Assembly (NCBI GenBank): GCA_964370755.1
Contig: CAYJKL010000002.1
Span: 7,712 to 71,711 of the forward strand
Direction: 5' to 3'
From: an uncultured Muribaculaceae bacterium
GTDB taxonomy: Bacteria; Bacillota_I; Bacilli_A; RF39; UBA660
DNA length: 64,000 nt
Of the stretch, positions 18,367 through 28,242 are shown one piece after another. Made by a program: the position numbers and the translations under genes. A model generated the notes under the pieces. That model did not search any database, was not told the DNA's origin, and saw nothing but the letters and a program-made list of their open reading frames with translations. Numbering within the stretch: the stretch's first letter is position 1; every line of letters begins with the position of its first letter.

Positions 18367-20967
18367 TTATGGAATGTTACTTACTATTGATTCGTACATT
18401 GTGATTGCAAACCTTGATGAATGGTGACCATCAGCTTGTCCCGTAAATAGTGTATATGAGAAAACTCCATTTGCATCTGTATTTGAGAAGAATAAGCTTC
18501 CACCTCTATATATCCAGTGGTATCCATAGTAGGATGCTGAAAATCTTGGATCTCCTAAATATCTATCTTCATAATAATAAATCGTTTCAGTAAGTGCATC
18601 ACCTTTAATTGGTGAAACATCTCCTAATGTATATTTTCCACTAGGGTATACATTTATATATCTTCCTTCTGGCATTGTTGTAAACCCTGATTGATCTGGA
18701 ATAAATTGACCACTTGAATCTAATAATATTCCCATTACCCTATCAAATGTTCCACCTACCATATCATATACTCCGTAAATATTACCTGTTGTTGATGCTC
18801 CCATTCCGTAATATGTATCGTATTTATTAGTGTAACATGTTGCTGTTGTACTTCCTTGATGTGGTGTTGATCCACCAATACCTGTTATATATGTACTACA
18901 GTTGTTAATATAAATTTCTTTATTTGCACCTGTATAATCAGTATTACCATATTTACCATATTTAGATTGTGATAAATACGCTATTGCTCCCCACTCAGTA
19001 TTTTTAATAAGGTGGGCATCTACGTATCCAACATAACCATAGTTATTATATCCATTAACTCCATTCATTAAATCTTGAACATAATTAAATGTTGCTGAAA
19101 TACTCATATTTATCATTGGTCTTACATTTGGTTTAGAATACAGTATATCCCCTACTTTAGATGCTTCGAATTTTGCAACCCAGAAACCTTTTGTTTCAGT
19201 ATTTTCAGAGTTTCCTCTTGTTGCTGGATCGTCACATGAATTACCCCAACAAAATGCTGATGATGTATAATAATTTTCTGCATAGTTTCCAGTATATGTT
19301 CCTGAGCCATTATCTATTTGATCTGGACCAATAAATTTAATATCCATAGCTCCAGGAGTCACTGTACTTACTGAGCTACCACCATATCCTTGTACTCCAT
19401 ATTGATCTTTAATCGTATATGAATACCTTGGAATCCAAACTAGCATAGATGTCATATGATTCATCTCTACTGGTGTCCCTGGTTCTGCATCTACATAAAA
19501 ATCTTTCATAGAATTTATAACTGATGCTGCATTTGCCCATTTTATTTCTGAGTAATCATACCACTCACCATTAACTACATCTGCTTTTTCCCATTTATCT
19601 ATGTAGTCATTGTAAGATATTGGAATTAAACCATCAATAATTTCTGGAGTTGAACCATTAAGAGTTTCATCTTTGTATAATTCGCCTTCTTGATATATAT
19701 ATTCAAGATTAAATATAAGTTCATTACTCGTTATAGTACTATCACCATTATATTCTATATAAAATGTTGACACTGTACCAGGTTCAAATTCGTGATATAA
19801 ACTCATTCCTGTTGTAAGAATTTTTATACCTAGCGTATTTGCTAGTTCTTCCATATTTTTCAAATAATAATAATTTGCTGTTGTATTTTCAATTGTTACT
19901 TCATATCTAAATGTTGAAACTCCAGCTGGTAAATTTAAGTGTACATTAGTTGATGTATCTGTAAATGATGCAGGTGATACTTCGGTTACACCACTTGAAT
20001 TTCCCACTAAGTTTATTGCAGTTACTTTAATTCCTTCTGCTTCTGGTTTTTCTACTAAGATAAAGTCATCAATAGTAATTACGTCACTAGGGTTAGTTTT
20101 ATAGAAAATATATGTTATTGTTTCGTTTTTTTCTACTTTGAACTCAATTTCATTTATATAACCATTACTTCCAACACTTTCATTATAGTAATCACCTTTA
20201 GCAATATGAAGTTTATCTGAGTTCCATCTTAAGAAAAAACTTTTTGCTCTATAAGAATAGTTACTAACTACTATTTTTTCATAATCTGCGTATGATTCAT
20301 GAGTTATTACTACATCTTCTTCTGATAATTCGCCTTTTTTCAGATGAAATTCTCCAGTTAAAGTTTTTTCGTATGGAGATGATGACTTAGCAGTTATACT
20401 TACATCTACATTATCAGGTATTACACCATCTGCTGCCTCAATTAGAAAGAAATGATTTAAACTAGTGTTTCCATTAACCCATGTATAACCTCTATTATTA
20501 CAAGTGTCTTCATCAAGTAAACTTGTGTCTACTCCATCAGTTGTATCATTTCTACACACAAGAATTTTTTCAAGACTTCCAGAATATTTATTACTTCCAC
20601 TTGCATTTACATTACAAGATAAATTACCTGTTGAGTCGCTTGTTACAGTACACTCAATGTTGTAATTTATTGCTTCTTCTGAAACTGATAGTTCATCTTT
20701 GAAGTTTGATAACTCAAAGTATACTGCTCCACCATCCCAGTTATTATCTACATTTACTCCGTCATCAAGATGAGCACTTGTAAAATAGAAGTTTTGGGAT
20801 TCTAGATACTGCTCCCAAACTATATTTCCTACGTATTTAGCAAAAGAAAAGACAGATACGCCAATAAATATTATTGCTATTATCATTAAGAATAATACGT
20901 TCGCTTTTCTTAAATTTAAATTTTTAAAGATTTTATTGTTTTTGAATTTTAATTTAAACTTCTTCAT
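18367..20967 (-). CDS. 866-aa secreted/surface protein: SipW-cognate-like N-terminal signal (…VSVFSFAKYVGN) and C-terminal FGE-sulfatase (SUMF1)-like domain
   Basis: Basic N-terminus, hydrophobic core, then an S-F-A-x-Y motif as in TasA/camelysin signals. The C-terminal region has FWVAKFE(ASK), NTEWGAIAY, GVYDMVGGTFDRV and YRGGSLFF, resembling the FGE-domain motifs FxMGKYEVT / PTEAEWEYA / GLYDMSGNVWEW / LRGGSW. Confidence 0.7.
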   Translation of the reverse strand: MKKFKLKFKNNKIFKNLNLRKANVLFLMIIAIIFIGVSVFSFAKYVGNIVWEQYLESQNFYFTSAHLDDGVNVDNNWDGGAVYFELSNFKDELSVSEEAINYNIECTVTSDSTGNLSCNVNASGSNKYSGSLEKILVCRNDTTDGVDTSLLDEDTCNNRGYTWVNGNTSLNHFFLIEAADGVIPDNVDVSITAKSSSPYEKTLTGEFHLKKGELSEEDVVITHESYADYEKIVVSNYSYRAKSFFLRWNSDKLHIAKGDYYNESVGSNGYINEIEFKVEKNETITYIFYKTNPSDVITIDDFILVEKPEAEGIKVTAINLVGNSSGVTEVSPASFTDTSTNVHLNLPAGVSTFRYEVTIENTTANYYYLKNMEELANTLGIKILTTGMSLYHEFEPGTVSTFYIEYNGDSTITSNELIFNLEYIYQEGELYKDETLNGSTPEIIDGLIPISYNDYIDKWEKADVVNGEWYDYSEIKWANAASVINSMKDFYVDAEPGTPVEMNHMTSMLVWIPRYSYTIKDQYGVQGYGGSSVSTVTPGAMDIKFIGPDQIDNGSGTYTGNYAENYYTSSAFCWGNSCDDPATRGNSENTETKGFWVAKFEASKVGDILYSKPNVRPMINMSISATFNYVQDLMNGVNGYNNYGYVGYVDAHLIKNTEWGAIAYLSQSKYGKYGNTDYTGANKEIYINNCSTYITGIGGSTPHQGSTTATCYTNKYDTYYGMGASTTGNIYGVYDMVGGTFDRVMGILLDSSGQFIPDQSGFTTMPEGRYINVYPSGKYTLGDVSPIKGDALTETIYYYEDRYLGDPRFSASYYGYHWIYRGGSLFFSNTDANGVFSYTLFTGQADGHHSSRFAITMYESIVSNIP

Positions 20968-20978
20968 ATCTGTCCTCT

Positions 20979-23900
20979 CTACTTAACTACGAAATTTTTC
21001 TCTATTGATGATATTAATGTATCTCCATCATAACTATCAATAATGAATTTATAACCTTGCTTTTCTAAACTAGTTAAATCTAGTTCAAAATTAAAGTTAT
21101 TTGAATCTACTAAGTATTTATTTGCTTCACTTGTAGTGTCTAAACTTCCTACTATGTAATCATTTAAATTAATAAGTGAATATGTTTGACTAGCTGCATT
21201 AAATTCATCTTTTTTATAAAGTGATATTCTAACATTTGATGTCGTTAGACCAGTTACTGCTGATGAAATATTTATTATTTCTGTTTCATTTTCACTATTT
21301 AAAATTGGATCATTATTTATAATTGCTCTAAATGAGTAATTACTACTTTCTGCACTTTTAGTTACTGTAAGTGGAATACTATCTTCTGCTAAGTAATTCC
21401 CCATATGCTCTGTATATGAAATATAACTTGTCATTACTAAATTATATCTTCCTTCTTCTAAAAACGAGTCTGTTTTATATGCATGTAGCTCAATATTTTT
21501 ATTTATCTCTTGTATACCTGTATTTAGGTTTACTATAAATTCTCCATTTTCATTTGGATAATATGATTCTCCATCTATTTTTAATATTAAATTATTAAGC
21601 TTAGCTCTAGGAACTGTTTCGTCATAATCATCGTATAACTTAAATTTTAAATATATGTCCTGTTCTTCAATAAATGTATCAAATATATTATAACTTCCAT
21701 TTGCTTTGTAAGTTACTCCTGTATTTACATTTATATTAGTTATTGAATCAGAATTATATTTTAAATATACACTACTAGTTGCGCTTCCTATAAACATACT
21801 TGCATCAGTATTATGATATACATTAAATGGTTTAACACTTGATGCTGCGGTTTCCCTAATTGCAGTATCTGATGCATCAATTGCTTCTAGCCATACTCTA
21901 ATGTCTGTTAAATGTGATGTCATTAGTGCTGCATCAAAATTTATTGTTATTGTAAAGTTTTCTACAATATTAGTACCATTATCATAGTCTCTTTCAGCGT
22001 AATATTCACCTTTTGTACCTAGTTTATTAAACTGTGTAAACATTATACTCTCGCCATCACTTGATTTAATTTTATAATCATACTTACTTCCTGTTATGTT
22101 ATCAGTAATAATTATTACAGTTCCTCCTGGAAGTTGTTTATTAAAATTAATTGTGTGTCTTATAGCTGGAAGGGATTCAGTTGGTATATTATATAAATAA
22201 TTTAATCTAACTGATGAATTACTTGTTACATTTAGTATATCACCAACAGTATAAGCTCCGTTTAAACCAGCGTCAATTGAATTTAAAAAGTATCCTTCAA
22301 ATGTGATCATATCACTATTTAAAAATGATATGTTTCCACTTCTATCCATTGCTCTTGCATATAATATATTATTTCCTACCGGACTTATAGAAAAGTCTCC
22401 AGTATAATTTATCCAGCTTGCTTCATTTAAATTACTTAATTCATCTTTACTCATTGTATCATTACTTAAATAGTAAGATATTTCATCAATGCCTGAATTT
22501 TCATCAGTTGCTGTAATTTTAAAATCAGCGTTATCTTCCATATATATTTCAGTTACATCTTTTCTGTAACTATCCCATACATTACCACTAAATTCTAAAC
22601 TAGCTGTAGGAGCATTTTTGTCAATAACGATTCTATCAGTACTCATATATTTAATATCACCACTATACGTAGTAAGTTTTACATATACAGTATACGCACC
22701 TTCATCACTTAATTTAAGTGATGCCTCATAAGGCAACCATGAAGCTGCCTCTAACATTGTTTCATCATAATTAATATCTTCATAACTTATAAAGTACTCA
22801 ACATTTTCAAGTGTATAAACATAAGCTGAAGAAGTTACCGCAACTGTTATTTCATCATTATAATATACAAAATCATTATTAGATGCAAGTTTATTCCAAG
22901 ACTTACTACCAATTCTTATATCAACTAAATTTACTTCATTTACAAAATATAGTTCTGGAAGTAAGTTTTCATTATATACCCAAACATCTTCAGTTTTATC
23001 TACTACTTTATTAAAGTCTCCAAACATTAAACTATCAAAATTTTCTCTCGTGAATGTTGTATCTAATAATAATATATTTTCATTTTCCTCAGTACTGCTA
23101 TTATATACGTTTTCTAGTGTTGTGTCTTCATAATTGTTTAAAACTATAACTCCGTCACTTTTATTAAATGAATTACTTACCGTTACTACACTATCTTCGT
23201 TAACTGTACCTATAAATGAACTTTCATTTACAAGTGTTCCACTGTTATATGTATTATCTATAGTTACTGTTCCTTTTGAAACACTTCCTACTATTGCATT
23301 TGAGTAAACATCTCCACTAACACTACCTGTGTTATATGAATTTTTTATACTTACATCACCAGTAACATTACCAATAAATCCACTTGATGATATAATATTA
23401 TCTACTTTTACATCAGTAACTACATTTCTTATATCAGTGTTTTTTGCAGTATTTAAAAGTCCACTTGATGATGATAATTTATATACTGTTTCATATTCTA
23501 AATTAATTAAAGATATATTTCTTTCTTTTGTATCTGCTCCAATATAAAGGGTCGTTTCATTAATTTGTGTATTACCTAAATCTACACTAAAAGCTCCAAG
23601 AGGAACACTTATATCATTTATTTTTATTTCATAATTTAATTCTTCTTTATCACTAACTACATAATCACCACTTATACTTGATGAGATTATATCTTCATTT
23701 AAATAACTATTGTCAAATATTTTAATTGTTCTTTCTTCTAAACCAGTTGTTAAATTTATATTTTCATGTTTCTTAACATCAGTTTTATTTTCAACGGCAC
23801 CACTAGATACTGCATATCCATTAATAAATACATCTTCAATTTTACTATCACTACTATTTATTGCAAGTCCTGCTACATTGTCTTTACCAAGTACAAGCAT

Positions 23901-24479
23901 ATTTTCAATAAATATATTTTCAATTGTACCACTTAGATTATCAAAAAGTGCTAAAGATTCGTTACTTGCACTTGTTATATACATTCCGTAAATTGAGTAA
24001 AAAGATCCATCTAGGTTACCTTTGAAATTTTCAATGCTTCCTTCAAAAGAATTTACTACTACCTCGCTTGATGCACTATACTCTTTATCTGTATATACCT
24101 CATTTGTATATTTTTTTATATAGTATTCTTCTTCTAAAGACATGTATTTAACACCTGAATTTTCATAAACGAAATATCCGTTGTTAAGTATAATATCATT
24201 ACCTAGTTTAAAATATACTCCACTGTAATCAGTTGATTTTAGTTCTTCTGCAAAATACGCAAATTCTGCTCCACTAGTAATCATATATGGATCATCTTTT
24301 GACCCTGTTCCTGAATTATAACTTTCTGCAATTGAACCATCCCATACGGGTAGATTTCCTGGAAGTGCCCACTGATTGGCAAACCTTGATAACGTCGGTG
24401 TTGCAAATGATACAATCGCAACAAGTACTAAAACACTAATTAAAACTTTTTTTCTATTTAATTTCTTTAATTTTCTCAC
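20979..24479 (-). CDS. 1166-aa secreted/surface protein: SipW-cognate-like signal (…TLSRFANQW), G(S/T)xxDPYxI cap and beta-helix/GLUG-like repetitive core
   Basis: Apparent GTG start with RBS AGGAG. Repeats such as GNVTGDVSIKNSYNTGSVSGDVYSNAIVGSVSKGTVTIDNTYNSGTLVN. Promoter-like TTGTCA-18-TATTAA upstream, preceded by a T9 tract. Confidence 0.7.
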   Translation of the reverse strand: MRKLKKLNRKKVLISVLVLVAIVSFATPTLSRFANQWALPGNLPVWDGSIAESYNSGTGSKDDPYMITSGAEFAYFAEELKSTDYSGVYFKLGNDIILNNGYFVYENSGVKYMSLEEEYYIKKYTNEVYTDKEYSASSEVVVNSFEGSIENFKGNLDGSFYSIYGMYITSASNESLALFDNLSGTIENIFIENMLVLGKDNVAGLAINSSDSKIEDVFINGYAVSSGAVENKTDVKKHENINLTTGLEERTIKIFDNSYLNEDIISSSISGDYVVSDKEELNYEIKINDISVPLGAFSVDLGNTQINETTLYIGADTKERNISLINLEYETVYKLSSSSGLLNTAKNTDIRNVVTDVKVDNIISSSGFIGNVTGDVSIKNSYNTGSVSGDVYSNAIVGSVSKGTVTIDNTYNSGTLVNESSFIGTVNEDSVVTVSNSFNKSDGVIVLNNYEDTTLENVYNSSTEENENILLLDTTFTRENFDSLMFGDFNKVVDKTEDVWVYNENLLPELYFVNEVNLVDIRIGSKSWNKLASNNDFVYYNDEITVAVTSSAYVYTLENVEYFISYEDINYDETMLEAASWLPYEASLKLSDEGAYTVYVKLTTYSGDIKYMSTDRIVIDKNAPTASLEFSGNVWDSYRKDVTEIYMEDNADFKITATDENSGIDEISYYLSNDTMSKDELSNLNEASWINYTGDFSISPVGNNILYARAMDRSGNISFLNSDMITFEGYFLNSIDAGLNGAYTVGDILNVTSNSSVRLNYLYNIPTESLPAIRHTINFNKQLPGGTVIIITDNITGSKYDYKIKSSDGESIMFTQFNKLGTKGEYYAERDYDNGTNIVENFTITINFDAALMTSHLTDIRVWLEAIDASDTAIRETAASSVKPFNVYHNTDASMFIGSATSSVYLKYNSDSITNINVNTGVTYKANGSYNIFDTFIEEQDIYLKFKLYDDYDETVPRAKLNNLILKIDGESYYPNENGEFIVNLNTGIQEINKNIELHAYKTDSFLEEGRYNLVMTSYISYTEHMGNYLAEDSIPLTVTKSAESSNYSFRAIINNDPILNSENETEIINISSAVTGLTTSNVRISLYKKDEFNAASQTYSLINLNDYIVGSLDTTSEANKYLVDSNNFNFELDLTSLEKQGYKFIIDSYDGDTLISSIEKNFVVK

Positions 24480-24607
24480 AATAGCCTACTCCTATAATTA
24501 ATATAATTGTATCACACTTTTTGACAAAAAAAAACAAATTAATTGAAATTAATTCATCTTTTACAAATATGCTATGATTATTTACATTTATTATGTTAAC
24601 AACTGCG

Positions 24608-24644
24608 GGTGGCGGCCAGACATTCGCCTGGCAAGTTCGCCACC
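24608..24644 (-). other. GC-rich nested hairpin (GGTGGCG-GCCAG-loop-CTGGC-AAGTT-CGCCACC) immediately 3' of the 470-aa gene
   Basis: Two nested perfect stems (7 bp and 5 bp) in a ~65% GC patch within a ~28% GC genome. There is no U-run after it on the minus transcript. Confidence 0.6.
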
Positions 24645-24655
24645 TTGCTCCGGTT

Positions 24656-26068
24656 TTAGCCTACGATGAACGGATCAGCAGAGCTTCCCGTTCCACCTAA
24701 AATTTTTGTAGAAGAGCTCAGATACATGACAGGGAGAACCACATAGCCAAATCCCACTTCGTTGTTAATCGCATAGCCGCTATAGTTCACATACCACGAA
24801 GACGAAGAAGTAGACGCTCTATGCGAAATTGTCCAGCAATTACTTCCTAAAAACATCCAATTGTTAGCTGGAATATTGTATGTTTTATAATCATATAAAT
24901 CTGTTGTCCAAGCGATACTATAAGCTGCGTACCCATAATCACTCGGGTACATTAAACCAATATTTTCTACTGTAGTTGTTGCATATAAATTATTATAACT
25001 TGTATTACTTTTTTCTGCTGTTAAGTGCTCTTTTGCTGTCATTCGATAATCACTTGTACTACCCAAATTCCAAGTAGTTTCCATTATCATACTTTGATAA
25101 CTTGCTGGTATTGTATTATAAAAATCATTATTAAGGTACGTATTTAAACTTGAATTTACCCAATCATTCACATCGCCACTATCCCAAGCCATATTCGCTA
25201 TAAACGTGTTTCTAATAAGTTTCATTTCATAACCATTTCCATTATCAAAGTAACCTATTATTCTGTATATATTATCTGCAGGACATGGTGATACATCACT
25301 TCCAAAACACACGTAGTTATTTGCTACTACTGCGTTTGACCCTGAATATCTATAACTATTATCATTTGCTCCATTTTCGAGATTTGAATCGTGATAAAAT
25401 AAACCATTTGTATCATTGTGAGATGCGATTAAAGTTTCTGCTCCAGTTAATTCTATTTTTTCATTTTGAAGTATAAACTCTGCATCAAGTGTCTTTCCTT
25501 CATTAAGAGCTTGATTAGTTGTTAGGTTTACGAATGTGATTTCTGCTTCCCACTCTTGCGTAGTTGTTGTGTTTCCGCTTATTTCGTAGTCTTCAGATAC
25601 TTTTATTAGACCTTTATATTCAGTTATGTCATATATTCCAGGAGATACTGCGGTAAGACCTGATAGAGTTACTGCTGCACCATCTGGGTCTGTAATACTT
25701 AAAAGTATTTCCGGTGTTTTAGCAGCTGTTGTATAAACAAATGTGTTTGCCGCTATATCAAAATATATATTGTAGTTGTCTGTTGCGTTTGCTACATTAG
25801 TTCCAAGTGTAAGCGTTGCGCTTGATGTAGTAGACCCTGATACATTACCTCCACCTTCAGCAAGTGTTGTTTCATTTAGTTCTAAGTTAATTGCTGTTCC
25901 TTCAGTAAATGTAAGTTTAGTAGTCTGCCCACTTGCTACATTTACATCAGTGTTTGCTGCAGGTCCTGCTCCTCCTGCGAAAAAAGCGTATGATAAACTA
26001 GTTGTCAAAACTAATAGACTTGCTACTAGAACAATCATTCTTGTTTTTGATTTTCTTTTTAGTTCCAT
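24656..26068 (-). CDS. 470-aa secreted protein with a TasA/camelysin-like (SipW-cognate) N-terminus (…SLSYAFFAGGAG) and an aromatic/Asn-rich C-terminal domain
   Basis: Signal ends in the AFF motif typical of camelysin/TasA. It is followed by a Gly/Ala/Thr-rich beta-type region. The 3' ~200 nt use GC-rich codons (GGC, CCG, ACG) atypical for the window. Confidence 0.65.
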   Translation of the reverse strand: MELKRKSKTRMIVLVASLLVLTTSLSYAFFAGGAGPAANTDVNVASGQTTKLTFTEGTAINLELNETTLAEGGGNVSGSTTSSATLTLGTNVANATDNYNIYFDIAANTFVYTTAAKTPEILLSITDPDGAAVTLSGLTAVSPGIYDITEYKGLIKVSEDYEISGNTTTTQEWEAEITFVNLTTNQALNEGKTLDAEFILQNEKIELTGAETLIASHNDTNGLFYHDSNLENGANDNSYRYSGSNAVVANNYVCFGSDVSPCPADNIYRIIGYFDNGNGYEMKLIRNTFIANMAWDSGDVNDWVNSSLNTYLNNDFYNTIPASYQSMIMETTWNLGSTSDYRMTAKEHLTAEKSNTSYNNLYATTTVENIGLMYPSDYGYAAYSIAWTTDLYDYKTYNIPANNWMFLGSNCWTISHRASTSSSSWYVNYSGYAINNEVGFGYVVLPVMYLSSSTKILGGTGSSADPFIVG

Positions 26069-26085
26069 TTTATATCTCCTTTACT

Positions 26086-26103
26086 ATGTTATAACTATAA
26101 CAT
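26086..26103. promoter_or_regulatory. 18-bp palindrome ATGTTATA-AC-TATAACAT in the 5' UTR, 4 nt upstream of the SD of the 470-aa gene
   Basis: Read directly from the sequence. It could be an operator or a 5'-UTR hairpin next to the RBS AAAGGAG. Confidence 0.45.
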
Positions 26104-26162
26104 TTAACTTTGTTTTTTTCAAGTATTTTACAAAAAAATAATACACATAACATGTATTATTT

Positions 26163-27146
26163 TCAACTTTTTATAGCAAGCACTATAAGTCCTACTAAGA
26201 TAAGTGCTGATACTCCTATGATAATATATTTAAGAGAACTATTTTCTTCTTTTTCCTCTTTTTCTTCGATTACTAGAGAGTCTGTGTTTTCTTCATTTTC
26301 ATTATTTTCTTCTGTTACTTCTTCTTCTGTTTCTATGTTTTGCTGCTCTCCAGCTGGCAAGTTTTTTTCTACTAAGGTGTAGATTCCAGGTTCGTTTACA
26401 GTAAATGCGTACATACCATTTTCATTTGTTACGTCAATATAATTCCCACTTACTAAATCATTATTTAGATTTATTGCTGCGATATTTTCTGAAACGGAAG
26501 ATGCGTTTAAATATACTTTAATATCATCGTGAAAATTATCTATTTTTTCATACTCTGTACTGTAATTATAATTATTATTTTCTATTACTGTGTATGTTGC
26601 ACTTATATCATATATATTGTTTGATGCAAGTGTTATGTTATTACTTGTTATAAAGCTTTGTTTATCGCTTGTTACATCGTTTACTTTTACATCATAATAT
26701 ATTTGCTCAGTGTACTGATTTTTATAGACTTGACCGCTTTTGTATGTTTCACTAAAACTTACTAAAAGCTTATAATTGTCACTTGATACTTCTAAAGCAT
26801 CAATGTTTTCAACTGTAACATCTACTTTACTTTCATCACCTTCAATAAGCGTTTCGTCTAAAAACCAATAATATGTTAAATAATCTTCATAGTCTTGCAC
26901 TACTGGAAAACTAAATGTTTCATCTATTAAATCATCTTCATTTGCTATAGCAAGATAATCTTGAACAGTCATTGTTGTTTTTCTTACATAAAGGTAACTA
27001 TCCATCGGATAAATCATATTAACTTCTGTGTAATCTTCATTATATGTTTGTAAATGAGGAGACCCGCCTTTATCTATGTGAGGACAAGCAAAAACATTAA
27101 GGGGAAGCATACATATACATATAATAATTTTAAATATTTTCTTCAT
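26163..27146 (-). CDS. 327-aa surface protein with a Sec signal (MLPLNVFA|C) and a C-terminal TM anchor preceded by an acidic E-rich linker
   Basis: Hydrophobic N- and C-termini. It shares the unusual LPLNVFA signal core with the upstream YibE/F-like protein and is coupled to it by a 17-nt overlap. Confidence 0.6.
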   Translation of the reverse strand: MKKIFKIIICICMLPLNVFACPHIDKGGSPHLQTYNEDYTEVNMIYPMDSYLYVRKTTMTVQDYLAIANEDDLIDETFSFPVVQDYEDYLTYYWFLDETLIEGDESKVDVTVENIDALEVSSDNYKLLVSFSETYKSGQVYKNQYTEQIYYDVKVNDVTSDKQSFITSNNITLASNNIYDISATYTVIENNNYNYSTEYEKIDNFHDDIKVYLNASSVSENIAAINLNNDLVSGNYIDVTNENGMYAFTVNEPGIYTLVEKNLPAGEQQNIETEEEVTEENNENEENTDSLVIEEKEEKEENSSLKYIIIGVSALILVGLIVLAIKS

Positions 27147-28242
27147 CTTTTGTTTTTCCTTTCTTGTTTATAAGTATAAATACAAATATCGTAATTGGTA
27201 TTGATGCAAGTAGACCAATGCTCCCTGCTATTGCCCTTATTATTTCTGTTGAAATTGATTCTAAGTTAATTATTTCACTAACACTTTTTTCAAAACCTAC
27301 GAATAATAGTATTGTAGATAAAGAACTTCCAGTATAAGCTAGTATTAATGTATTAACCATTGTACCCATAATGTCTTTACCTATATTAAATCCAGATTTA
27401 ATTAATTTTTTATCACTTATTTTTGGATTATGACTTTTAATTTCAGTAAGTGAGGAAGTAAGCTCCATCGCAACATCCATACATGCTCCGAGCGCTCCAA
27501 TTATTATACCTGCAAATAGTAAGCCTTTGAAATCAAACTCAAACTCTAACTGTAAGTAATATAGCATTTGCTCACTTTCTGATGCTACTCCAGTTAAGTG
27601 CATAATTGATGAGAAAATAGTAGCAATTAGTCCCGCTAAAACAAGGCCACCTACTACTCCTATTATTGCTACTAGAGTTTTTTTAGTAAATCCATTTGTA
27701 ATTACAAATGTTAGTACCGTTGATAATATACATGTTACTACTGATAATAATACCGGACTATATCCTTTAAGCAAAAGTGGTATTAAACCAAATAATATTA
27801 GAAGGATTGTAATTATAAGCGAGATAAGTGCTTTAAGTCCTTTTATTTTTCCAAGAATTATTACAAACAACATAAATATTATTATTAATAAAATTAGATA
27901 ATTTGATTTTTCGAAACTATGGAAGTAGAAAGATACTTCATCACCTTCGGTAGTTGCTACTACATTTATTTTATCACCTTCTGAAAGTTCTATATCATTA
28001 CTTCCTCCAGTAAGTGTATTAGTAATAGTGTCTTTTGAACCTTCGTACTTATCACTAAGTATTTCAATTTCTAAAGTTTGAATTTTCGTATCATTTATTT
28101 CTTTTATTTCTAGAACTTCTATAACTTTAGCAACGTATAAATCTGTTTGAAATTCTTCACTTAAATTTTCATTTGACGCAAAAACGTTAAGTGGTAATAT
28201 TAGAAATACTATTAAAAGGAGTAATTTACTCTTTATATTCAT
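27130..28242 (-). CDS. Polytopic membrane protein, probably YibE/F family, with an N-terminal ~95-aa extracytoplasmic domain
   Basis: Signal peptide (ILPLNVFA|S), then 6-7 TM helices with a GACMDVAMELTSS segment resembling the conserved YibE/F MDVAMS motif. Confidence 0.55.
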   Translation of the reverse strand: MNIKSKLLLLIVFLILPLNVFASNENLSEEFQTDLYVAKVIEVLEIKEINDTKIQTLEIEILSDKYEGSKDTITNTLTGGSNDIELSEGDKINVVATTEGDEVSFYFHSFEKSNYLILLIIIFMLFVIILGKIKGLKALISLIITILLILFGLIPLLLKGYSPVLLSVVTCILSTVLTFVITNGFTKKTLVAIIGVVGGLVLAGLIATIFSSIMHLTGVASESEQMLYYLQLEFEFDFKGLLFAGIIIGALGACMDVAMELTSSLTEIKSHNPKISDKKLIKSGFNIGKDIMGTMVNTLILAYTGSSLSTILLFVGFEKSVSEIINLESISTEIIRAIAGSIGLLASIPITIFVFILINKKGKTKDEENI

